Below are positions 1 through 9,509 of a stretch of 32,000 nt of DNA, one piece after another (positions within the stretch are counted from its first letter, which is position 1; the number at the start of each line of letters is the position of its first letter). Both the position numbers and the translations under genes were made by a program. The stretch spans positions 11,585 through 43,584 of the forward strand of contig NZ_LGHJ01000022.1 of the NCBI RefSeq assembly GCF_001306055.1, given 5' to 3'. This DNA comes from Bellilinea caldifistulae. GTDB taxonomy: Bacteria > Chloroflexota > Anaerolineae > Anaerolineales > Anaerolineaceae. The notes under the pieces were generated by a model, which saw only the letters and a list, made by a program, of their open reading frames with translations, was not told the origin of the DNA and did no database searches.

Positions 1-1971
1 AGGTTGAATGTTGAAGAAAGGTGGTTCCTGCAAATAGGTCGAGTTTTCGTCCCACTGGTAGAGCAAATCTTCACCGCTTTGAATCTGGTTCCATAGCTCG
101 CTCATCTGGAAGATGGCGGCATAGGCATCGGTAAACATTTCAGGGCGGATATGGCGGTGAATGTGTTCTTCCACTTCCTGAGAGGAAGGCCAGATGTCTT
201 TCAGGAAAACTGGCTGGCCGTCTTTGCCTGTGCCGAGTGGTTCGTTCAGCAAATCAATATCTACGCTTCCGGCTAATGCATATGCCACGACCAGGGGGGG
301 AGAAGCTAAAAAGTTGGCGCGGGTGTGAGGACTGATGCGACCTTCAAAATTGCGATTGCCGGATAAGACCGCACCCACTACCAGATTGTTCTCTTTAATG
401 GCTTGCACGATGGGTTCGGGTAGGGGACCGGCGTTTCCGATGCAGGTGGTGCAGCCATAACCGACCAGATAGAATCCCAAGGCTTCCAGGTCATCCATTA
501 AACCGGCGTCTTTAAGATAATCTGTAACCACGCGTGAACCGGGCGCCAGGGAGGTTTTGACGTAGGGTTTGACTTTCAGCCCCTTTTCAACTGCCTTTTT
601 GGCAAGCAAACCGGCACTCATCATCACGAATGGATTGGAAGTGTTGGTGCAGGAAGTAATTGCGGCTATGACCACTGACCCATGTTTCAACTCACTGGTT
701 TTTCCGTTGCTTGGGATAACTGCACTTCTCCCAAGTTCTTCGGGCGGAATACCAAACCCATTTTCAGTCTTGGGTGCGGTGAGCGAACGCTGAAAAACGC
801 TGCGGACTTCAGACAAAGGGATACGGTCCTGCGGGCGGCGTGGACCCGCCACGGATGGCTCAATCGCCGAGAGGTCTACTTCCAGCACATAGGTATATTC
901 CGGGTCAGGAGTTGAGGATGTGCGGAAGAGCATTTGGGCCTGATAGTAGGCTTCAACCAGTTCCACCAACGATTCAGGCCGGTTGGTTAATCTCAGGTAG
1001 TCCAGGGTGTGATGATCCACAGGGAAATAAAGGATGGTCGCACCGCTTTCCGGAGCCATATTGGCAATCATTGCCCGGTCAGCAAGGGCGAGATGATCCA
1101 GGCCCGGGCCGAAAAATTCCACAAATTTATCCACAACCCCTAATTTTCTTAAGGATTGGATGATAAAGAGGGTCAGGTCGGTTGGGGTTACACCCTCGCG
1201 CAACTTGCCACTGAGGCGGACGCCAATCACATCTGGTGCGACAATTTCAATTGGCTCGCCCAGCATGGCGGCGACGGCTTCAATGCCGCCGACTCCCCAG
1301 CCAACCACGCCCAATCCGTTGATCATGGTCGTGTGAGAGTCGGTACCCACCAGTGTATCCGGGAAGACGATGGTGGAACCTTCTTCTTCGCGGGTCAGGA
1401 CGACGGTGGCCAGATATTCCAGATTGACCTGATGAACGATACCGGAGGCTGGCGGGACTATACGAAGATTCTTAAAGGCTTTTTGCGCCCAATGAAGAAA
1501 TTCATACCTTTCGCGGTTGCGCTGAAATTCCAGCTCGGCATTCAGCCGGTAAGCATCAGGATTGGCGTAGTAATCAACCTGAATTGAATGATCAATGACC
1601 AGGTCAACCTGGACAACCGGGTTAACTTTCCGAGGATCATCTTTCATTCTCGCAAGGGCGGAGCGCATTGCCGCCAAATCGTTAATGACCGGAACACCGG
1701 TAAAGTCCTGAAGCACCACCCGGCCGGGAAAAATGGGGATGGTGGGCCGGTTTTCTTGTCTGGGCTGCCAATTTAGTAAATTTTGTAAGTCCGCGGAAGT
1801 GGCTTCACCGGTTTGCTGCTTGCGGAGAACCCCTTCTAACAAAATTCGAATTGAAAAGGGAAGGCGGTTTAAATTTTCAATGGTTGCGCCGGGAACATTC
1901 AGCAAAGGGAAGAAAAAATATTCTTTATCAATTACTTTCAGGATTGCGCGGCTGAAATGATCAATGGTCAT
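1..1971 (-). CDS. acnA: aconitate hydratase A, N-terminal 657 codons (3' end runs off the window)
   Basis: My translation of the minus strand from the ATG at 1971-1969 gives MTIDHFSRAILKVIDKEYFFFPLLNVPGATIENLNRLPFSIRILLEGVLRK...FPGRVVLQDFTGVPVINDLAAMR. In the same frame, PPLVVAYALAGSVDIDLLNE lies at 300-241. The frame stays open to position 1. The ORF track omits it because there is no stop in the window. Confidence 0.9.
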   Translation of the reverse strand, partial: MTIDHFSRAILKVIDKEYFFFPLLNVPGATIENLNRLPFSIRILLEGVLRKQQTGEATSADLQNLLNWQPRQENRPTIPIFPGRVVLQDFTGVPVINDLAAMRSALARMKDDPRKVNPVVQVDLVIDHSIQVDYYANPDAYRLNAELEFQRNRERYEFLHWAQKAFKNLRIVPPASGIVHQVNLEYLATVVLTREEEGSTIVFPDTLVGTDSHTTMINGLGVVGWGVGGIEAVAAMLGEPIEIVAPDVIGVRLSGKLREGVTPTDLTLFIIQSLRKLGVVDKFVEFFGPGLDHLALADRAMIANMAPESGATILYFPVDHHTLDYLRLTNRPESLVELVEAYYQAQMLFRTSSTPDPEYTYVLEVDLSAIEPSVAGPRRPQDRIPLSEVRSVFQRSLTAPKTENGFGIPPEELGRSAVIPSNGKTSELKHGSVVIAAITSCTNTSNPFVMMSAGLLAKKAVEKGLKVKPYVKTSLAPGSRVVTDYLKDAGLMDDLEALGFYLVGYGCTTCIGNAGPLPEPIVQAIKENNLVVGAVLSGNRNFEGRISPHTRANFLASPPLVVAYALAGSVDIDLLNEPLGTGKDGQPVFLKDIWPSSQEVEEHIHRHIRPEMFTDAYAAIFQMSELWNQIQSGEDLLYQWDENSTYLQEPPFFNIQP

Positions 1972-2009
1972 GGCTGCCCTCTCTTGGCGAATGAATTGGA
2001 TAATGTGGG

Positions 2010-2038
2010 ATTATAATCTCAACATTTTTGGACTTCAA
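2010..2038 (-). promoter_or_regulatory. candidate sigma70-type promoter for acnA (TTGAAG-17 nt-TATAAT)
   Basis: On the minus strand, TTGAAG (2038-2033) is followed by a 17-nt spacer and TATAAT (2015-2010), about 35 nt upstream of the acnA ATG. An AGAGAGGG Shine-Dalgarno (SD)-like stretch lies between them. Confidence 0.4.
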
Positions 2039-2081
2039 GTTTTTTTCGATAAATCCTTTTCGCGGCGGGATTATAATTTTG

Positions 2082-3269
2082 ATGATGAATAAATCATCCG
2101 ATTCGCAAATTCGCACCAGCAGTGATGCCGATTTAGCCTTTGCAGTGGTTGTGTTGGCGTCCTTTTTTGCGACCTTCAGTTCAATGAAGGCTGCAACACC
2201 GCTTGAAATCATCCTGATGATTGTGTTGGGCACCACCTATTTGACAATTGGAATTTATGGTTTCGCATTTTGTGCGAAATCGCAAAATTTGTTGTTGAGC
2301 ATTGGCTATTTTATCGTTCAGATTTTACTGGGAGCCTGGATTGTGTATTTGGGGCGAGGTGCGGGTTTTAATGCCATGGTTTTGTTGCCGCTTGCCGGTC
2401 ATGCGGTAATATTACTTCCACAGAGAATCAGTTATTTTGCCCAATTTTCTATCTTGCTGGCTTATGTTGGGGCGGTTTACGCATTTGCGGATAATTTACA
2501 AGCAGTTTGGGAAGGATTACCGATCTTTTTTGCCGGGTTAGTGTTCATTGTCGTATTTACTCAAATGGCTTTGAACGAAGAGGCTTCCCGTCGTGAAGTG
2601 GAACGCCTGGTGGGGGAGTTGACACAGGCAAACCAGCAACTGCGCGATTATGCGGCGCAGATCGAAGATCTGGCCATTATCAAAGAACGCAATCGGCTGG
2701 CGCGCGAAATTCACGATGGGCTGGGGCACTACCTCACCAGTATTCACATGCAGATCAAAGCAGCCAATGCACTGATGATAAATGATCCGCAAAAATCGGC
2801 TGAGCATCTACAAAAAGCGATCTCTCTCACGCAGGAAGCCCTTTCGGATGTTCGTCAATCGGTTGGAACCCTGCGCAGTCAACCCTATCAGGATATTCCC
2901 CTTGAGAAGATCATCCCGCAATTGCTCGAAAGCGCAAAATCCTTTGGCATTGAACCTGAACTTCAGGTGATTGGGGTGGGGCGCGAATTGAACGCTACAA
3001 CTTATTGGACTCTTTACCGGGCAGTTCAGGAGGGGATTTCCAACGCCTGTAAGCATTCCAAAGCCCGGAATTTATCCGTATGTCTGGATTATTCTTCCCC
3101 GGAGTGGGTCGTTTTGACTCTTCAGGATGACGGTGTGGGAGTTGATGAATTGAAAGAAGGTTTTGGTTTGATGGGGTTAAGGGAACGTGTTCAAATTGTG
3201 GGTGGATATTTTCAGCTTTTAGAAAACCCTTCAAAGGGATTTGGTTTTAGAATCAAGGTGCCAGCATGA
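2082..3269 (+). CDS. membrane sensor histidine kinase, HisKA_3 / NarX-LiaS-DesK type
   Basis: The N-terminal ~190 aa is polytopic and hydrophobic. It is followed by a coiled-coil and the H-box ERNRLAREIHDGLGHYLTSI, then an HATPase_c region (EGISNACKHS, QDDGVG, GFGLMGLRER). The track ORF starts at TTG 2028; I prefer ATG 2082 or 2085. Confidence 0.85.
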   Translation: MMNKSSDSQIRTSSDADLAFAVVVLASFFATFSSMKAATPLEIILMIVLGTTYLTIGIYGFAFCAKSQNLLLSIGYFIVQILLGAWIVYLGRGAGFNAMVLLPLAGHAVILLPQRISYFAQFSILLAYVGAVYAFADNLQAVWEGLPIFFAGLVFIVVFTQMALNEEASRREVERLVGELTQANQQLRDYAAQIEDLAIIKERNRLAREIHDGLGHYLTSIHMQIKAANALMINDPQKSAEHLQKAISLTQEALSDVRQSVGTLRSQPYQDIPLEKIIPQLLESAKSFGIEPELQVIGVGRELNATTYWTLYRAVQEGISNACKHSKARNLSVCLDYSSPEWVVLTLQDDGVGVDELKEGFGLMGLRERVQIVGGYFQLLENPSKGFGFRIKVPA

Positions 3270-3922
3270 ATCCAAAGATAAAAATACTTCTGGTGGACGA
3301 TCAGGCCCTTTTTCGAGAAGGGCTAAGGACATTGCTGGATTTGCAGCCTGATTTTGAGGTGGTGGGGGAGGCATCTCAAGGTGAAGAAGCCTTGCGCATG
3401 GCAGTCAATCTGAGCCCAAATGTGATTTTGATGGATTTAAGAATGCCGGTCATGGATGGAGTGACTGCCACAAGGCGTATCAAAGACAGTTTACCGCAGT
3501 GCAAGGTTATTGTGCTGACAACCTTTGACGACGACGAAGATGTTTTTGAAGGATTGCGTGCGGGTGCGGTGGGTTATTTGCTGAAAGATGTCTCGTCTGA
3601 AAAATTGTATGAGGCGATTCGCTCGGCGGCGCGTGGAGAATATTTTTTACTGCCATCCATTACTGCCAAAGTCATGGCTGAGTTTTCCCGCTTATCAAGG
3701 CCGGCAAGAACTTCTCTCGATGAAATTGGGGTTAAATTATCCTCACGGGAATTGGAAGTGCTGAGGCTGGTTGCTCAGGGTGCCAGTAATAAGGAGATTG
3801 CTGACACACTGGTAATAGCGGAAGGAACGGTCAAAAATCACTTGACGAACATCCTTGCAAAACTGGATGCACGCGATCGAATGCAGGCGGTCTTAAGAGC
3901 CCGTGAGTTGGGGTTGATTTGA
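3266..3922 (+). CDS. response regulator, NarL/FixJ (LuxR-type HTH) family
   Basis: The receiver domain shows ILLVDDQ...ILMDLRMPVMDG...VLTTFDDD, and the C-terminal LuxR HTH shows LSSRELEVLRLVAQGASNKEIADTLVIAEGTVKNHLTNILAKL. Its start overlaps the kinase stop in an ATGA (4 nt). Confidence 0.9.
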   Translation: MNPKIKILLVDDQALFREGLRTLLDLQPDFEVVGEASQGEEALRMAVNLSPNVILMDLRMPVMDGVTATRRIKDSLPQCKVIVLTTFDDDEDVFEGLRAGAVGYLLKDVSSEKLYEAIRSAARGEYFLLPSITAKVMAEFSRLSRPARTSLDEIGVKLSSRELEVLRLVAQGASNKEIADTLVIAEGTVKNHLTNILAKLDARDRMQAVLRARELGLI

Positions 3923-4012
3923 CCGATTTGGAATGTGACCACAAATATGACTTGTGCTGGATGTGCATTCAGATGGTGAGAGGTATGATTGGAAAAATTC
4001 CAGGAGGAAATT

Positions 4013-4861
4013 GTGAGTGAGATGCCGCCAATTCGGACAAATCCTCGAAGGGAATTTCCTTACATTCTTGGGATAGGGTTCATCTCAGTAGGTTTAGCCA
4101 TCTTTTTAGAACAATTCTTGAAAACCGGCTGGTTGGTTCTGGTCATTTTACCCATAAGCGGCGCCGTATTTCTGGTAGAGGCTAACCGGACAAAAAAATT
4201 GGGCTTATTAATTGCGGGTGGTTTGATTTTTGGAGCAGGGGTTGGAGGATTTCTGTTTTTCAGTTCCTCACTGTCGCTCAGCCTTGAACAACGGGTTGGC
4301 TGGTTGATTCTGGCTTTTTCGGCTGGTTGGGCATTAATCACCGCTGGTTCGGGATGGGTGACTTCGAAACGGGTTTGGTGGCCCATGATTCCCGGCGGGA
4401 TTTTGTTCTTCGTTGGATTGTGTTTTTTAATCACACCCTTACGTGTGGTTGATTTTGTACTTTTCGTTGTAGGCGGGGTTGGTCTTGTCTTGTTGACGTG
4501 GGGTGTGTTCTGGCGTATTTTTGGTTTGATTATACCGGGCAGTTTGCTCGTTGCCATTGGACCGGGAATTTATTTTGCATGGGGTACAGACATGGCTGTT
4601 AATGCCTTATCTAAAACGGGGATGATGATTGCGATCTTTGCGCTGGGTTGGGGGTTAATCATTCTTTTCTCCCGCGTAGTGACCACCAAGTTCATCTGGT
4701 GGCCATTAATCCCTGGGGGCGTGATGGCGGTTGTCGGTTGGGGATTGTACATTGGCGGTGATCCAGGTAATGCCCCATCTTTTATTGCTAACACGGGTTC
4801 CATTGGCTTGATCATTTTTGGTTTGTATCTTCTTCTGCTTAGAAAAGGTATTCATCATTAA
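4013..4861 (+). CDS. polytopic membrane protein with an internal duplication (possibly a LiaF/LiaI-type TM repeat)
   Basis: The ORF is hydrophobic throughout. Two homologous segments are visible: GWLILAFSAGWALITAGSGWVTSKRVWWPMIPGGILFFVGL and GMMIAIFALGWGLIILFSRVVTTKFIWWPLIPGGVMAVVGW. AGGAGG at 4003-4008 sits 4 nt before an in-frame GTG at 4013. The track starts the ORF at TTG 3989. Confidence 0.6.
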   Translation: MSEMPPIRTNPRREFPYILGIGFISVGLAIFLEQFLKTGWLVLVILPISGAVFLVEANRTKKLGLLIAGGLIFGAGVGGFLFFSSSLSLSLEQRVGWLILAFSAGWALITAGSGWVTSKRVWWPMIPGGILFFVGLCFLITPLRVVDFVLFVVGGVGLVLLTWGVFWRIFGLIIPGSLLVAIGPGIYFAWGTDMAVNALSKTGMMIAIFALGWGLIILFSRVVTTKFIWWPLIPGGVMAVVGWGLYIGGDPGNAPSFIANTGSIGLIIFGLYLLLLRKGIHH

Positions 4862-5013
4862 CTTCGATATCTTTATTCTCCAGGGATGTTTTTTCATTGG
4901 TAAAAGGGGATAGTTCAAAATTAGGCGTAAAAAATTTACGCCTGTTCAATCCTTCTAATGTTTGATAAGATTGAAGGTCGGATAATTTTATGGGTTTGAA
5001 AGGTTGTAAGTAA

Positions 5014-6873
5014 ATGAAAGTACAAAGAAAGAATATTCGCAATGTGGCAATTATTGCCCACGTTGATCACGGCAAGACAACCCTGGTGGATGGCTTACTT
5101 CGTCAGGCAAGGGTCTTTCGAGAAAATCAACAGGTTCAAGAACGTGTTATGGACTCGAATGAACTGGAAAGGGAACGGGGCATTACGATTTTGGCAAAAA
5201 ATACCGCCGTTCTCATCCCAGACCCACAAACGGGCGAGATGGTCAAAATCAATATTGTTGATACACCCGGCCATGCTGATTTTGGCGGCGAGGTGGAACG
5301 GGTGATGAACATGGTGGATGGGGTGTTATTACTGGTAGATGCTGCGGAGGGACCGATGCCTCAGACCCGATTTGTTCTCAAAAAAGCCCTGGAGATGGGA
5401 CATCAGGCAATTGTTGTCATCAATAAAATGGACCGCCGCGATGCCGAACCCGACCGGGTTTTGAACGATACCTTTGATTTATTCATTGAGTTGGGAGCCA
5501 GCGAAAGCCAGGCCAACTTTCCGGTAATTTATACCAATGCAATTTCCCAGCAAGCCGGACTGACACCGGAATTATCCCCGGATTTGCAACCTTTATTTGA
5601 TGCAATTCTCCGACATATCCCCTGCCCTGAGGTTGATCTGGACGCTCCTTTTCAGATGCTGGTGACCAACCTCGGCTACGATGAATATCGCGGCGTTACC
5701 GCCATTGGGCGGGTGAATGCAGGTAAGGTCATCAACGGTCAACCCATCGCACGGATTACACTGCAGGGGGAAGTATTGCCGGAGAGAGCCAGATATCTGT
5801 TCGTCTTTCAGGGGCTGGAAAAAGTTGAGGTGGACGAAGTTCTGGCGGGTGATATTGGCGTGATCGCCGGTCTGGAAGGTGTGGAAATTGGCGAGACACT
5901 GGCCGATCCAGAGCAGCCAGTGGCTCTACCGCCAATACGGGTGGAAGAACCGACCGTGAGGATGACTTTTGGGGTCAATACCTCTCCTTTTGCTGGAAAA
6001 GAAGGAAAATGGAGTACCTCCCGCAAATTACGCGAAAGGTTATTTGCCGAGCTACGCAATAATGTTGCACTCCGGGTTGAAGAAACCGAAAATGCGGACA
6101 CCTTTCTGGTTTCCGGTCGAGGAGAATTGCACCTGGCCATTCTGATTGAAACCATGCGTCGTGAGGGATATGAATTTCAGGTTTCGCGACCCGAAGCCAT
6201 TCTCAAAGAAGGTGGGAATGGAGAAATTTTGGAACCTTATGAAGAGGTTCATATTGAAACCAGTGCGGATACAGTCGGAGCCGTGGTGGAAATGTTGGGT
6301 GCCAGAAAGGGCCAGATGATCAATCTGGTCAATAACCCGGATAATACCGTAACCCTCGTCTACGTCGTTCCAACACGTGGCCTGTTGGGATTCCGCTATC
6401 AATTCCTGACGGCTACACGCGGCATGGGGGTGATACATACCTTGTTTCATGGCTACGCTCCCTATGCTGGTCCAATTCCGACCCGTAACAGCAGCTCGAT
6501 TGTGGCCTGGGAAGCGGGAATGACGACCAATTACGGTCTAAAAAACGCTGAAGAGCGCGGTATCTTGTTCTATGGGCCTGGGGTTGAAGTTTACGAAGGC
6601 ATGGTCGTTGGCGAAACCCTGCGGTCAAGCGATCTGGTTGTGAATGTATGTAAAAAGAAACACCTGACCAACATGCGTTCATCGAATAAGGACATCGAGG
6701 TGCGCCTGACAACTCCCCGCACAATGAGCCTGGACGAAGCCATTGAGTACCTTGCTGAGGATGAGCTTTTGGAAGTGACCCCCAAGAGTTTTCGAATTCG
6801 CAAGAAGATCCTCGATACAGAAGAACGCGGAAAGCAGACAAAACGTGCTAAAGAATTGTATGAGGTCGGGTAG
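5014..6873 (+). CDS. typA: translational GTPase TypA/BipA
   Basis: The N-terminus is [22 protein letters not shown] (G1), followed by [14 protein letters not shown] (G3) and NKMD (G4). The length (619 aa) and C-terminal domain are typical of BipA. Confidence 0.95.
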   Translation: MKVQRKNIRNVAIIAHVDHGKTTLVDGLLRQARVFRENQQVQERVMDSNELERERGITILAKNTAVLIPDPQTGEMVKINIVDTPGHADFGGEVERVMNMVDGVLLLVDAAEGPMPQTRFVLKKALEMGHQAIVVINKMDRRDAEPDRVLNDTFDLFIELGASESQANFPVIYTNAISQQAGLTPELSPDLQPLFDAILRHIPCPEVDLDAPFQMLVTNLGYDEYRGVTAIGRVNAGKVINGQPIARITLQGEVLPERARYLFVFQGLEKVEVDEVLAGDIGVIAGLEGVEIGETLADPEQPVALPPIRVEEPTVRMTFGVNTSPFAGKEGKWSTSRKLRERLFAELRNNVALRVEETENADTFLVSGRGELHLAILIETMRREGYEFQVSRPEAILKEGGNGEILEPYEEVHIETSADTVGAVVEMLGARKGQMINLVNNPDNTVTLVYVVPTRGLLGFRYQFLTATRGMGVIHTLFHGYAPYAGPIPTRNSSSIVAWEAGMTTNYGLKNAEERGILFYGPGVEVYEGMVVGETLRSSDLVVNVCKKKHLTNMRSSNKDIEVRLTTPRTMSLDEAIEYLAEDELLEVTPKSFRIRKKILDTEERGKQTKRAKELYEVG

Positions 6874-8371
6874 TCCGCGGTTGAGATGGGTTTGGTTCGT
6901 GATTGTTGCTCTGGCGATGGGTAATTGTGCCAGTCCAACGATACTGCCGGCAACACCAACTCCTATTTTACAAGAAACCACACCGATACCCGTTACAGAA
7001 TCTACCCCGACCGCCATGGGGTTTACCCCTACGTCAGATGTGCCTGAAATCACTCCCGCTCCACAGGCTTTACCAGCCTACACCATTCAGGCGATTTACG
7101 ACGCTGCTCAGAAAAGAGTTGCCGTCAATCAGGTGATTCAATTTACGCATCTTTCCGTTAAACCGCTCAGTGAAATTTTGCTGATTGTTGAACCGAATCG
7201 CTTCCCGAACGGGTTTGTATTGAGCAGGTTGGAAAATCAAATTACCGGTCAGGCATTGGATTGGGAATTGCAGCGAAACTGGCTGAGAATTGCGTTAGAC
7301 GCGCCTTTGTCCTTCCAGGATTCTATTTCCATTGTGGCGGAATATAGCCTGCAATTACCCGAAATACCCCCGCCTTCTGATACGAGCAAACCCCAAATTT
7401 ATGGTTACACACTGCGTCAAACCAATCTGGTGGATTGGTATTTGTGGCTGCCCCCCTATAACGAAGATACTGGCTGGGTAATTCACCCACCGGCTTTCTT
7501 TGGAGAATATACGGTCTACCCACTGGCGGATTTTGAGGTTATTTTTGATGTGGTCAATTCTCCGCGGCAGGTGATTGTTGCAGCCAGTTCAAGTCCTGTT
7601 GAAAATCATCAAAATCATTGGGAATATCGCCTAAGCCAAGCCAGAAACTTTGCAATTTCGATCAGCGCCGATTTTGAAGTGAATGAGGTAGAGGTGGATG
7701 GGGTGAAAATCAGCCACTACTTCTTCCCATTGTATCGGCGGCAGGGAGAAGTCGTGTTAAATCACACGCTTCAGGCTTTTCGGCTTTATTCTGAATTGTT
7801 TGGTGAATTATCACGTTCATCCATCAGCGTGGTACAGGCTGATTTTTTGGATGGCATGGAATTTGATGGATTGTTTTTCCTGAGCAAGGGATTTTATGAC
7901 CTTTATGATGGAACGGATAAGGGTTACTTAACCCTGATTACGGTTCATGAAACCGCCCATCAATGGTGGTATGCTGAGGTTGCCAATGATCAGGCGCAAC
8001 ATCCATGGCTGGATGAATCTCTTTGTACTTACGCTGAGCGATTGTATTATGAACGATACTTACCGGAGTTGGTTGATTGGTGGTGGTTTTATCGAGTAAA
8101 TTTTTACCAACCTCAAGGGGTGATTGATTTGCCGGTTTATGATTATAACGGGTATCTGGCATATCGAGATGCGGTTTATTTGCGCGGGGCAGCATTTCTC
8201 GAAGAACTGAGAAACTTTGTTGGGAATGAGTCTTTTTTTGAAGGATTGGCGCTCTACTATGCGGATAATAGCGGGAAAATTGCCGCTCCTGATGATTTTT
8301 TTAAAGCCTTCAACCTCACCGAACAAGATGTAAGGGAGAGGTTCAGTTCATTCTTTGCTTCTTCACCATGA
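6860..8371 (+). CDS. secreted/lipoprotein zinc metallopeptidase, M1 (gluzincin, aminopeptidase N-like) family
   Basis: The signal/lipobox-like N-terminus is [25 protein letters not shown]...WLDESLCTY gives HEXXH plus a downstream Glu with M1-type spacing. The track ORF starts at GTG 6845. The 5' end overlaps the typA stop. Confidence 0.75.
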   Translation: MRSGSPRLRWVWFVIVALAMGNCASPTILPATPTPILQETTPIPVTESTPTAMGFTPTSDVPEITPAPQALPAYTIQAIYDAAQKRVAVNQVIQFTHLSVKPLSEILLIVEPNRFPNGFVLSRLENQITGQALDWELQRNWLRIALDAPLSFQDSISIVAEYSLQLPEIPPPSDTSKPQIYGYTLRQTNLVDWYLWLPPYNEDTGWVIHPPAFFGEYTVYPLADFEVIFDVVNSPRQVIVAASSSPVENHQNHWEYRLSQARNFAISISADFEVNEVEVDGVKISHYFFPLYRRQGEVVLNHTLQAFRLYSELFGELSRSSISVVQADFLDGMEFDGLFFLSKGFYDLYDGTDKGYLTLITVHETAHQWWYAEVANDQAQHPWLDESLCTYAERLYYERYLPELVDWWWFYRVNFYQPQGVIDLPVYDYNGYLAYRDAVYLRGAAFLEELRNFVGNESFFEGLALYYADNSGKIAAPDDFFKAFNLTEQDVRERFSSFFASSP

Positions 8372-8374
8372 AGA

Positions 8375-9259
8375 TTAAACAATCAACCGGTTCAGGGTAA
8401 AAATTCCCAATCCCATGCCGGCACAAACTTCAATCCCCGATGAACTTCCCCATTCCAAGACATCTTGAATGGCATAGTCCTCAACAGGTCGAAGACCGGT
8501 GATCATCGCAAAGGCGTGCAGCAAGCGTTCGTCAATTTCTCCCTGAGCGGCTGCTTTAACCAGATTCAGACTAATGGATGTTGTACGGCTTTCAATTGCG
8601 CGAAGCAGCACCTGGTGAAGTTGACTCAAATCCAGTTTTGGACTGCCTGCCCAACGATAGAGGGTATAAATCCACCCCATCAGTAAATCGTCCCCCGAAG
8701 GCGTAAGCCCACGGCCTCTCCCGGCAAAAAAACGTATGGGAAGAAAACAATTGGCGGGCGAAGCGATAGCATTTTGAACCAGTCTTTCCAGCGCTAATTG
8801 AGTTTCGGATTCGGATGGATGAGCTGGTGAGGAATTATCCATGAAGGCAAGCACCTCTTCCAATAAGGCTACAGAATGATCTAAACGGGAGCGTAGAGTC
8901 AATAAGACGGCTACGGATTGCTTTAGATCAGGAAGTGTGGAAATGGGGCTGGATAACCTTTTGGATGAATAAATGGTGACCTTGCTGGTTTGAATAATGG
9001 TAGAAGAATGCTCAAAATGGATTGTCGTTTCGGAAAGATTGACCGGTTCGCCGGGATGGACTGGAAGAACCGATAAATCCGAATTTATGTTAATGGTAAG
9101 GGGATTACCAAACCGGCTGTTTGACAGGAAGAGGATGGATTGATCGGCGAGTTTGAGGAACACGCCCTTTGAAGTTATTCCGATTACTTCGCCGGAACGA
9201 TTCTTTTTGAGACTTTCGGCGGCACATAGCCCGATTTGATTAGCGGAAAAAATTTTCAC
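8375..9259 (-). CDS. hypothetical protein, DUF2877-like (AllH/YlbF-like)
   Basis: GRGRGLTPSGDDLLMGWIYTL and the C-terminal WGSSSGIEVCAGMGLG resemble what I remember of the DUF2877 signature. This was not verified by a search. Confidence 0.5.
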   Translation of the reverse strand: MKIFSANQIGLCAAESLKKNRSGEVIGITSKGVFLKLADQSILFLSNSRFGNPLTININSDLSVLPVHPGEPVNLSETTIHFEHSSTIIQTSKVTIYSSKRLSSPISTLPDLKQSVAVLLTLRSRLDHSVALLEEVLAFMDNSSPAHPSESETQLALERLVQNAIASPANCFLPIRFFAGRGRGLTPSGDDLLMGWIYTLYRWAGSPKLDLSQLHQVLLRAIESRTTSISLNLVKAAAQGEIDERLLHAFAMITGLRPVEDYAIQDVLEWGSSSGIEVCAGMGLGIFTLNRLIV

Positions 9260-9306
9260 ATTTTGGCCTTTATAAGGATGTCAGACAATTTTATGAGGAA
9301 TGTCAG

Positions 9307-9335
9307 TTGACACCAAGAGGGTTTTATATGATAAT
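9307..9335 (+). promoter_or_regulatory. candidate sigma70-type promoter (TTGACA-17 nt-GATAAT)
   Basis: A consensus -35 TTGACA at 9307-9312 is followed by a 17-nt spacer and GATAAT at 9330-9335. It is preceded by two ATGTCAG direct repeats (9278-9284 and 9300-9306) 22 nt apart. Confidence 0.5.
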
Positions 9336-9410
9336 TTTGATAGTTGTTCCTGTTTTTTCTACTAAATTTTAACCTCATATTTCGGGTTACAGGGTAAAAC
9401 GAAACACATT

Positions 9411-9509
9411 ATGTCAATGATCTGGTTCTGCTCCAGCAGAATGTACCGGGCACATAACTGGCAGGTAAATGCTTATGGGATTTTTATGCCCTTATCCAAG
9501 TCTAAATAA
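9411..9509 (+). CDS. candidate 32-codon small ORF / leader peptide (MSMIWFCSSRMYRAHNWQVNAYGIFMPLSKSK)
   Basis: My translation gives ATG 9411 to TAA 9507-9509, and the stop abuts the terminator hairpin. No convincing SD precedes 9411. An internal ATG at 9486 has a GGGA 5 nt upstream and would give the 7-codon peptide MPLSKSK. Confidence 0.25.
   Translation: MSMIWFCSSRMYRAHNWQVNAYGIFMPLSKSK

Noticed and set aside
569-1960. Six overlapping plus-strand ORFs (62-143 aa) listed in the track
   Set aside because: All lie antisense to, or out of frame with, the uninterrupted minus-strand aconitase frame, which has clear family motifs. Their translations are low-complexity (P/G/R-rich) shadow ORFs.
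4060-4557. 165-aa minus-strand ORF rich in K/P/T
   Set aside because: It is antisense to the hydrophobic membrane-protein gene. Its composition mirrors the Gly/Phe/Leu/Val codons on the other strand. It has no SD and no recognisable motif.
4923-4943. Hairpin AGGCGTAAA-AAA-TTTACGCCT after the membrane-protein gene as an intrinsic terminator
   Set aside because: Half of the stem is A-T pairs contiguous with an A-loop, and no T tract follows (GTTCAATCC). It is too weak to call.
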